Below are positions 15,520 to 22,526 of a stretch of 22,526 nucleotides of DNA, piece by piece; position 1 is the first letter of the stretch, and each line of letters opens with the position of its first letter. Made by a program: the position numbers and the translations under genes. This DNA comes from Candidatus Bipolaricaulia bacterium (GTDB lineage: Bacteria; Bipolaricaulota; Bipolaricaulia; JBHIAT01): contig JBHIAT010000043.1 in NCBI GenBank assembly GCA_046758705.1, positions 1-22,526 on the forward strand, written 5' to 3'. Under the pieces are notes generated by a model, which had not been told where the DNA came from, did not search any database, and saw only the letters and a list, made by a program, of their open reading frames with translations.

Positions 15520-17448
15520 ATAAGAAAGAAATTATCAGCGAACAATGAGTGGGTCGCTGGAGTTCTGGTTCTGGTCGTCGTTATTATCGTTGTGGTATCG
15601 CTTATCATTCCAAAGGGATCATCTGAAGGGCAGGCCATCGCTCAGGCGCCGGAAGCACTTGTCGCACCGCCTGATGTGGTGGCCACGTTTAACAAGGGCG
15701 GCTGCGCCGGTTGCCACACCATTCCCGGCATCCCCGGCGCCAACGGCCGAGTGGGACCAAATCTGTCGAACCTGGGTGTCGAAGCGGCCGGTCGTCGCCC
15801 CGGCTTCACCGCCGAGGAGTACATCCGCGAATCCATTCTGGATCCCAACGCGTTCATCGCCTCCAACTGTCCCACCGGCGACTGTCCCGCCGGCGTTATG
15901 CTGCAGAACTTTGCTCAGACGTTGAGTCCAGACGAATTGGAGAAGATCGTGAGCTATCTGTCCGTGTTGGGCACCGACCAAGCTGTAGCGTTGTCTGCCG
16001 AAGCCCCTGTCCCTGTGGTGCTGGACGCCAGTTTGCCGACGGAATCGGTGTTGGAGCCTTTCATGCCGCTGCCCAAGAGTCCGGCCAGCGATGCCCAGAT
16101 CGCACTCGGCAGGTTCCTGTTCTTCGACAGTCGCCTATCGGGCAATAACTCACTGAGCTGTGCCAGTTGCCATCAGCCGGACAACGCCTTCACCGACGGC
16201 GCCGTCATGAGCCAAGGCTATCCTTCCACTCAGTACTTCCGAAACATCCCCACGTTGCTCAACACCGTCTATGCCGAACGACTGTACTGGGATGGTCGCA
16301 TGGATGGGGCCGATATGCCGACACTGGTGCGAGATCACATCACCGAGGCGCACTTCATGAGCATGGATGGTCGGCTGATGGTAGAACGTCTGAACCAGGT
16401 GCCAGCCTATGTGGAGCTGTTTGGAGAGGCGTTCGGCAGCGAGCCCAGCTTCGGCAACGTGTTGAAGGCGATTACCGCCTATGTACAGTCACTCAACTCG
16501 CCGTCCACGGCCTATGATCGCTACCTGACCGGCGACACGACCGCCCTTTCCGCCGACGCCCGGGCCGGGCTGGCGCTCTTCAACGGAAGGGCCAATTGCA
16601 GCAGTTGCCACAGCGGACCTCTGCTCAGCGATTACAACTACTATAACATCGGTGTAACCACAGACCCGGCGATGTTTAACGATCCAGAACGGCATCTCAC
16701 CTTCCGCCGCTTCTTCCGCACACTGGGCGTATCTGACTATCGCCGTTTGCAGGAGGACGTGGGCCAGTTTGCCCTTACGATGGACCCGGCCGACCGGGGC
16801 AAGTTCCGCACACCCAGCCTGCGAGAGGTGGGCCGCACGGTACCCTATATGCACAACGGCAGGCTGACCACGTTGGAAGACGTGATACGCTTCTACAATC
16901 AGGGTGGCGGCCCCGGTCAGAACGCCGGGCTGAAGCCCTTGGGCCTGACCGATAACGAAATTGCTCAATTGGTGGCTTTCCTGGAGAGCCTGAGCAGTGA
17001 GCCAGTGCCGGTGGAAGCCCCGGTGCTACCCGATTATCAACTCCTGGCCCTGGGTGCCGCTCCACCGGAGCCGTCTGAGGAGCCGGTCGCCGCCCAGCCG
17101 ACCGTACAGGCCCCAGAGGCGCTGGTCGCACCGCCCGATGTGGCAGTGGCCTTCACCCAGGCCGGCTGTATCGCTTGCCACGTCATTCCCAGCGTCCCCG
17201 GCGCCACCGGCCAAGTGGGACCGGATCTGTCCAATCTGGGTGCTGAAGCGGCCGATCGTCGACCCGACCACACCGCCGAGGAGTACATCCGCGAGTCGAT
17301 TCTGGATCCCAATGCATTCATCACTCCTAATTGTCCCTTCGGCGACTGCCCCGCTGGCGTCATGCCAGCGATCTACGCCCAGACGTTGAGTCCAGATGAT
17401 CTGGAGAAGATGGTGAACTATCTGTCTGCTTTGGGCACCGGGAGGTGA
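15520..17448 (+). CDS. Membrane-anchored tetraheme protein: cytochrome c + MauG/CCP-family diheme domain + cytochrome c (IdrP-like fusion)
   Basis: Four CxxCH (CAGCH, CASCH, CSSCH, CIACH); LGRFLFFDSRLS, RNIPTLLN, YWDGR, FRTPSLR..PYMHNG..FYN. The frame is open upstream of GTG 15592 to ATA 15520, giving RKKLS..WVAGVLVLVVVIIVVVSLII (TM anchor) 9 nt after AAGGAG; start position uncertain. Confidence 0.88.
   Translation: MRKKLSANNEWVAGVLVLVVVIIVVVSLIIPKGSSEGQAIAQAPEALVAPPDVVATFNKGGCAGCHTIPGIPGANGRVGPNLSNLGVEAAGRRPGFTAEEYIRESILDPNAFIASNCPTGDCPAGVMLQNFAQTLSPDELEKIVSYLSVLGTDQAVALSAEAPVPVVLDASLPTESVLEPFMPLPKSPASDAQIALGRFLFFDSRLSGNNSLSCASCHQPDNAFTDGAVMSQGYPSTQYFRNIPTLLNTVYAERLYWDGRMDGADMPTLVRDHITEAHFMSMDGRLMVERLNQVPAYVELFGEAFGSEPSFGNVLKAITAYVQSLNSPSTAYDRYLTGDTTALSADARAGLALFNGRANCSSCHSGPLLSDYNYYNIGVTTDPAMFNDPERHLTFRRFFRTLGVSDYRRLQEDVGQFALTMDPADRGKFRTPSLREVGRTVPYMHNGRLTTLEDVIRFYNQGGGPGQNAGLKPLGLTDNEIAQLVAFLESLSSEPVPVEAPVLPDYQLLALGAAPPEPSEEPVAAQPTVQAPEALVAPPDVAVAFTQAGCIACHVIPSVPGATGQVGPDLSNLGAEAADRRPDHTAEEYIRESILDPNAFITPNCPFGDCPAGVMPAIYAQTLSPDDLEKMVNYLSALGTGR
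15643..15976 (+). repeat. Intragenic duplication copy 1 (cytochrome c domain)
   Basis: 334 bp, colinear with 17107-17440; about 82/111 aa identical by hand count. Confidence 0.92.
17107..17440 (+). repeat. Intragenic duplication copy 2 (cytochrome c domain)
   Basis: QAPEALVAPPDV...CIACH...TAEEYIRESILDPNAFI..NCP.GDCPAGVM...LSALGT, mirroring 15643-15976. Confidence 0.92.
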
Positions 17449-17453
17449 CGAAC

Positions 17454-18608
17454 ATGCTGAACCGCTTTGTATTCTTTGCGACCATGGGTCTGATCCTGGC
17501 CGCAGCTTTGACCCTGGTGTTGACGAGCCAACCGTCCGCCTCTATCCAGAGCGAGCGTGATTTTCCACCTCTGGCGCCCTTGCCGCCGGTGCCTGTCCCG
17601 CCTGACAATCCCATCACACCGGAAAAGGTGGAGCTGGGCCGGTTGCTCTACTTTGACCCGCGTATGTCAGCCGATGGCTCCCTCAGTTGCAACAGCTGCC
17701 ACTCCGTCAGCACAGGCTGGGCTGCTCCCACGGCCATCTCGTTCGCCGGTCCGGGGACCAGCCACTGGCGCAACGCCATGACGATCCTCAATGTAGGGTA
17801 TTACACCAAGCTGAACTGGGACGGCGCTAGGAAAAGCATCGAACAGCAAAACGCCGGCGCCTGGGGCGGCGCTGTGGCCGGCAATCTAGACTCGGCTCTG
17901 GCCGAAGAGCGCCTCGCCCAGATCCCCGAGTACGTGGAGCGGTTTCGCCAGGTCTTCGGCACCGAATATCCGCTGTGGGATGATGCCCTGAAGGCTGTGG
18001 CCACCTATCAGCGTACCATCGTTAGCCGAAACGTGCCCTTCGATGCCTACCTAAACGGCGATGAAACCGCCATCTCCGATGTGGCCAAGCGCGGTTTTGA
18101 GCTGTTTCAGGGTAAGGCTAACTGCATCGCATGTCACAACGGCGCTTTGACCAGCGACGACAGCTATCACGCACTGGGCGTCCCGATGAACCCGGACTTC
18201 CTCAACAGTCCGCTCAAGCAGATCACTTTCCGTTATGAGCAATGGGCCAAGGGTGCTCCGGAACAGATTTACCGGACCGCCACCGAGGATTTAGGCTTGT
18301 ACTATGTAACCAAGCAGGATTCCGATATAGGAAAATTCCGAACGCCCAGCCTGCGGGATCTGTGCTATACGGCACCCTATATGCACAACGGTGTCTTCAG
18401 CACGCTGGAGGAGGTGGTGGCGTTCTACAACGCCGGTGACGGTGACCACCCCAACAAGAGTCCGTTGATTCAGCCGCTGGGCTTGACCGCTGACGAGCAG
18501 GGGGACCTGGTGGAGTTTCTTAACAGCCTGTGTGGTGATCCTGTGACCGATGAAGCGCCGAAACTGCCGCCTTATGGCGTCTTCCCGGTACCCGAAGGAG
18601 GCGAGTAA
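17454..18608 (+). CDS. Diheme cytochrome c peroxidase/MauG-family protein (IdrP-like)
   Basis: Signal/TM segment, PPDNPITPEKVELGRLLYFDPRMS, CNSCH, WDGAR, CIACH, FRTPSLRDL..TAPYMHNG..FYN; ATG 17454 after GGAGGT. Confidence 0.92.
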   Translation: MLNRFVFFATMGLILAAALTLVLTSQPSASIQSERDFPPLAPLPPVPVPPDNPITPEKVELGRLLYFDPRMSADGSLSCNSCHSVSTGWAAPTAISFAGPGTSHWRNAMTILNVGYYTKLNWDGARKSIEQQNAGAWGGAVAGNLDSALAEERLAQIPEYVERFRQVFGTEYPLWDDALKAVATYQRTIVSRNVPFDAYLNGDETAISDVAKRGFELFQGKANCIACHNGALTSDDSYHALGVPMNPDFLNSPLKQITFRYEQWAKGAPEQIYRTATEDLGLYYVTKQDSDIGKFRTPSLRDLCYTAPYMHNGVFSTLEEVVAFYNAGDGDHPNKSPLIQPLGLTADEQGDLVEFLNSLCGDPVTDEAPKLPPYGVFPVPEGGE

Positions 18609-18609
18609 C

Positions 18610-19209
18610 ATGACCGAACAGAACCCGATCCACCAACCTGAGGACGAAACCTGCGGTGCCACCCGTCCGAGCTTCCAGGTCAACCGGCGCCGGTTCCTGT
18701 TCGGTGCCGGTGCCACCGTGACTTTGCTGACCATGCCTGGCTGGATGCGCCGTTTGGGAATGCCTGCCCAGGTAAACGCCCAGATCGCCGAGTACTCTCG
18801 TAAGTGGATCGGCAAGCTCAGCGAACTGAAGCTGGGCGAAGCGGTCGCCTTCAATTATCCCTGGGATCACCCCAACGCCACCAACTTTCTGATTAAGCTG
18901 AGCCAGCCGGCCGGCGGCGGTGTGGGACCAGAGGACGATGTGGTCGCTTTTAACAGCTTCTGCACTCACCAGGGCGGCCCGCTGGCCGGCAAATTCAACG
19001 GCGAAGTGGGCATGGTCGGCCCCTGTCCCCTGCACTGGACGACCTTTGACCTGACGCGCCACGGGATGGTGGTCAGCGGCCACGCCACCCTGGGCTTGCC
19101 GCAGATCATCTTGGAGACGGATGGCGACGATATTTACGCCACCGGTGTGCTGGGACTGATCTTTGGCTACCACAACAACCGAGTCGACCCGACGAGCTTA
19201 GGAGGCTGA
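18610..19209 (+). CDS. Rieske [2Fe-2S] small subunit, AioB/IdrB-like, Tat-exported
   Basis: NRRRFLFG Tat motif; FNYP, GGGVGPEDDVVAF, CTHQG...CPLH, HATLGLPQI.LE, IYATGVLGLIFG; ATG 18610 after AAGGAG. Confidence 0.93.
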   Translation: MTEQNPIHQPEDETCGATRPSFQVNRRRFLFGAGATVTLLTMPGWMRRLGMPAQVNAQIAEYSRKWIGKLSELKLGEAVAFNYPWDHPNATNFLIKLSQPAGGGVGPEDDVVAFNSFCTHQGGPLAGKFNGEVGMVGPCPLHWTTFDLTRHGMVVSGHATLGLPQIILETDGDDIYATGVLGLIFGYHNNRVDPTSLGG

Positions 19210-19212
19210 ACC

Positions 19213-21864
19213 ATGCCATTGGATTACACACCCCAAGATAGCGTGCCACTGCCACCCCAAGACGCGAACGTCCATACCACCGCTTGCGATTACTGCATTG
19301 TGGGCTGCGGCTACAAGGTCTACACCTGGCCGATCGGTCGTGAGGGCGGCCCCAGAGCAGAGGAGAACGCCCTGGGCGCTGACTTCCCCGGCGGGACGTT
19401 GAGACCCTGGATCAGCCCTAACCAGCACAACATTGTAAACATCGACGGCAAGGATCACCACGTGGTGGTCGTGCCCGACTTTGAAACGCGAGTGGTCAAC
19501 CGCTTTGGCGACCACTCGATTCGCGGTGGCACATTGGCACTGAAATGCTATAACCCCAACACGCCAACGCGCGATCGTCTGCTCTATCCGCAGATTCGCG
19601 TCAATGGCAAGCTCACCCGCGTAGACTGGGACACGGCACTCGAGATCATGGCTGCAGTGAGCCAGCACGTGCTCAGCAACCACGGCGAATCGGCCTGGGC
19701 CATGAAGACCTATTCGTACGAGTTCTTCGAAAACACCTATGCTATTACTAAGCTGGCGTTCGGGTCGATCAAAACACCCGCGTTCGCGCCCCACGACAAA
19801 CCGGGTGCGGGCAATGACACCGCTGGCGTAGACGACTCAGGCATCATCACCTTCAGCGCCAGCTACGAGGATTGGGGCTCAGCCGATGTCATCTTCATCT
19901 CCGGTACCGATCCGTTTGAGACCAAAACGATTGTCTTTACCGAGTGGATGATGAAGAGCGGCGCCAAACTGATCATGGTGCTGCCCCGTCGCACTGCGGG
20001 CGTCGCCTTCGCCGAAGCCACCGGTGGCCTGTTCCTGCAGATCGTCCCCGGCACTGACGCTCTACTGCACATGGCCATCAGCCGCATCATTCTGGAAAAC
20101 GGCTGGGAGGATCGGGAGTTCATCGAAACGTGGGTCGCCAACAACTGGGAGATTGGTGCCGGTATGGGCCGGGGCACCCGCAACACGCCCTGGCAATGGC
20201 GGACCACCTGGGGCAAGATCGGCGCCCTCGGCTTCGAGGACTACAAGGCGTGGCTGCTGAACTACGAACCGGCGTCTTTGGAGTTTGCCTCCCGGGAAAC
20301 GGGTATCCCGGCCGAAAAGATCCGTCAGGCAGCTGAGATGCTGACCGGCGGTGGCCGAGGCGAGCACCCCAAGGCCAGCTTCGGCTTCGAGAAGGGCAAC
20401 TACTGGAGCAACAACTACCTGAACACCGCCAGCTTCGCCGCCATGGGCCTGCTCTGCGGTGCCGGCAACCGCCCCGGTCAAGTGATCTCCCGCCTAGGCG
20501 GCCATCAGCGGGGTTGGATCGGCGCTGCCAGCTATCCTCGGGACAAATCGCCGGAGAAGCTGCCGGGACGGCGCAAGATCGAGATGGATCTGGATCGCTG
20601 GGTGGAGGCCGGCAACGTGCGCTTCGCCTGGGTGATCGGTACTACGTGGACCGGGGCCATGGCCGCCAGCCAGGAGCTGGCCCGTCGCATGCGGGAGATG
20701 ACAGCTGAGAACCCCCACCAGATTACCCGCCTGGACAAGCAGCACATCATTGACACGCTGATCAAACGGGTCGACAGCAGCGGCATGGTGATGGTGGACT
20801 CGGACATCTACCCGGTGGAACCGGTGGGCACCGAGCTTTCCGACATCGTGCTCCCTGCCGCTGCCTGGGGCGAGCACGATGCGGCACGTTGCAACGGCGA
20901 ACGCCGTCTGCGCCTGTACTCTAAGTTCTACGACCCACCCGGTGAGGTTAAACCCGACTGGTGGGCCATCAGTCGCTTTGCCCAGAAGATGGGCTTTGAA
21001 GACTACGACTGGGAAACCGATAACGACGTCTTCGAGGAAGCAGCGCGCTTCAGCCGCGGCGGCGTGCTGGATTACTTCGCGCTGGTGTGGAAGGCCAGGA
21101 AGGACGGCATCCCAGGCCACGAAGCCTTGCGTGCCCTGGGTACCACCGGTATCCAGACCCCCATCCGTTACGAAAACGGTCAGCTGATCAGCACCAAACG
21201 CCTGCACGATTCTACGCTCACGCTTGATTCGCCGCAGGGCCCCACCATCCACAGTAAATGGCTGACCCAGTTCAAAACCCACAGCGGCAAGGCATTGCTG
21301 ATCAAGAGCCCCTGGGAGCTGTTCAGCGACTTCTACGAGCGCATCCAGCCGGATCGCAGCAAAGGCGAGTTTTGGGTGACCAACGGCCGCATCAACGAAA
21401 TCTGGCAGTCGGGGTTCGACGACGTACGCAAGCCCTACGTTGAAAACCGCTGGCCTGCCACCTTCGTCGAAATCAACCCGGATAACGCCGCCGAATACGA
21501 CATCGAAAGCGGCGACTGGGTGCGCGTCTGGAACGATGACGTGTTGATCCAGACCGGCGGGTTCAACCGCGTTGAGAGCGACGCGATCAGCTTCACCTGG
21601 CTGGTGGAAAATAGTCACATCCGCATCGGCAGGGGCGAAGTCGAAGCGGTCGCCATCGTCACCGACGCCGTACCCCCCAGGTTGCTTTTCAGTTACTTCT
21701 TGCACCCCGGCAGTCCGGCCAACAGCCTGGTGCATCGGGTGCCCGATCCCATCACCAATCGCTACCGCTTCAAGCTGGGCAAGGGCAAGATCGAGCGCCT
21801 GGGTGAATCTCCCTTCAAGCACGACTTTACCCTGATGAGCTTCAAGCCGAGGGATGTGACGTAG
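19213..21864 (+). CDS. Molybdopterin (DMSO reductase family) large subunit, AioA/IdrA-like; candidate iodate reductase
   Basis: CDYCIVGCGYK with downstream HSIRGG ([3Fe-4S] C-x2-C-x3-C...S pattern), DRLLYP, FENT, EKGNYWSNNY, RLGGHQRG, NGERRLRLY, NGRINEIWQS; no own signal peptide; GGAGG RBS. Confidence 0.93.
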   Translation: MPLDYTPQDSVPLPPQDANVHTTACDYCIVGCGYKVYTWPIGREGGPRAEENALGADFPGGTLRPWISPNQHNIVNIDGKDHHVVVVPDFETRVVNRFGDHSIRGGTLALKCYNPNTPTRDRLLYPQIRVNGKLTRVDWDTALEIMAAVSQHVLSNHGESAWAMKTYSYEFFENTYAITKLAFGSIKTPAFAPHDKPGAGNDTAGVDDSGIITFSASYEDWGSADVIFISGTDPFETKTIVFTEWMMKSGAKLIMVLPRRTAGVAFAEATGGLFLQIVPGTDALLHMAISRIILENGWEDREFIETWVANNWEIGAGMGRGTRNTPWQWRTTWGKIGALGFEDYKAWLLNYEPASLEFASRETGIPAEKIRQAAEMLTGGGRGEHPKASFGFEKGNYWSNNYLNTASFAAMGLLCGAGNRPGQVISRLGGHQRGWIGAASYPRDKSPEKLPGRRKIEMDLDRWVEAGNVRFAWVIGTTWTGAMAASQELARRMREMTAENPHQITRLDKQHIIDTLIKRVDSSGMVMVDSDIYPVEPVGTELSDIVLPAAAWGEHDAARCNGERRLRLYSKFYDPPGEVKPDWWAISRFAQKMGFEDYDWETDNDVFEEAARFSRGGVLDYFALVWKARKDGIPGHEALRALGTTGIQTPIRYENGQLISTKRLHDSTLTLDSPQGPTIHSKWLTQFKTHSGKALLIKSPWELFSDFYERIQPDRSKGEFWVTNGRINEIWQSGFDDVRKPYVENRWPATFVEINPDNAAEYDIESGDWVRVWNDDVLIQTGGFNRVESDAISFTWLVENSHIRIGRGEVEAVAIVTDAVPPRLLFSYFLHPGSPANSLVHRVPDPITNRYRFKLGKGKIERLGESPFKHDFTLMSFKPRDVT

Positions 21865-21870
21865 CCAGGG

Positions 21871-22526
21871 ATGGAACTGGAGAAATTAGAGGGGTACCAG
21901 CGGTTCGTGACCAACGATCTCGTCGCAGAACTCGAAAAATATTTCCCAGAGGGGAGCTCAACCTTGTGTGGGATCGTCGGCGGCCGGCGGCCGTCGAGTT
22001 ACTCTCTGAGCCCATCGCTGTGGAACACCGCCTATCGAATCCTGAAGATCGATGCCGTCTACATCGCCTTCGATGTTTCGGTCGAACCGGATCACAACAA
22101 TCTGATCGCGTTCATCGACCGGCTCGTCGGCGACGATCGGTTCCGGGTGCTGTCGATCACCGATCCCTACAAACAGACGGTCCTCCAGCACCTAAACACA
22201 CGGGGGGAGGTCGACGGAGTTGCCCGACAGATCGGGGCGGTCAACACCATCATCAGGACCGAGGCCGGATTGTGTGGCTACAACACCGACGGGGTCGGGA
22301 TGGCCCGTAATCTCTCCTCAGTCATCGATCTGAAGGAGGGACGCGTGTTACAGCTCGGTGCCGGCGGGGCGGGACGGGCGATCGCCCACGGTCTGACAGA
22401 GCGGATGGGAAATGGGGTTTACTACCTACTTAACCGCACCGTCAGCCGGGCCAAGGAGCTGGCTGCCTCCTTGGAACGGGCCGACCATCGACTCGAAATC
22501 CGTCCGCTGGGTGGGGCGGCCGATCG
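21871..22526 (+). CDS. aroE: Shikimate dehydrogenase family protein, partial (runs off window end; not in ORF track)
   Basis: Manual translation: MELEKLEG...SYSLSPSLWN...YIAFDV...SITDPYKQ...IGAVNTI...GYNTDGVG...LGAGGAGRAI...NRTVSRAKEL. Confidence 0.88.
   Translation, partial: MELEKLEGYQRFVTNDLVAELEKYFPEGSSTLCGIVGGRRPSSYSLSPSLWNTAYRILKIDAVYIAFDVSVEPDHNNLIAFIDRLVGDDRFRVLSITDPYKQTVLQHLNTRGEVDGVARQIGAVNTIIRTEAGLCGYNTDGVGMARNLSSVIDLKEGRVLQLGAGGAGRAIAHGLTERMGNGVYYLLNRTVSRAKELAASLERADHRLEIRPLGGAAD

Noticed and set aside
13885-17448. PruA-cytochrome read-through or selenocysteine fusion via the in-frame TGA at 15511
   Set aside because: PruA ends at its normal C-terminus, there is no SECIS-like hairpin after the TGA, and an RBS at suitable spacing supports independent initiation.
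20494-21822. 442-aa - strand ORF (and similar antisense ORFs at 4844-5482, 9479-10090, 18520-19173, 19198-19794)
   Set aside because: They lie opposite well-supported genes; typical high-GC shadow frames without motifs.
18610-21864. Plain annotation as arsenite oxidase aioBA
   Set aside because: Active-site motifs diverge, two peroxidase genes are attached and no arsenic genes are nearby; gene symbols withheld pending phylogeny.
21966-22310. 114-aa + strand ORF
   Set aside because: Alternative frame of the aroE gene starting at 21871.

Overview
Bacterial accessory region, almost all on the + strand. (1) 1-1040: left part of an IS200/IS605 element on the - strand, with an intact-looking tnpB (cut by the window edge) and a decayed tnpA. 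It appears inserted exactly in front of the ATG of a URO-D/MtaA-family gene. (2) 2188-3847: small HAD phosphatase bracketed by a ~90 bp direct repeat (promoter+RBS+first codons), a secreted HEAT-repeat protein and a divergent RraA/HMG-aldolase gene. (3) 3925-15513: a consensus sigma70 promoter and a ~290 nt, apparently highly structured leader I do not recognise, then a catabolic run: Tat-exported ABC solute-binding protein, two permeases, aldehyde dehydrogenase, unknown 558-aa protein, PIG-L deacetylase, a truncated NagB-like remnant, creatininase-family amidohydrolase, PLP aminotransferase and pruA. (4) 15520-21864, the highlight: an arsenite-oxidase-family molybdoenzyme (Rieske + Mo subunits) with two MauG/cytochrome c peroxidase-family genes. 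This is the gene content of the iodate reductase (idrABP1P2) system, but in P-P-B-A order. The first peroxidase is a membrane-anchored tetraheme fusion flanked by two duplicated cytochrome c domains and appears to start at ATA. (5) Partial aroE at the end. All calls come from motif reading only; no searches were run.
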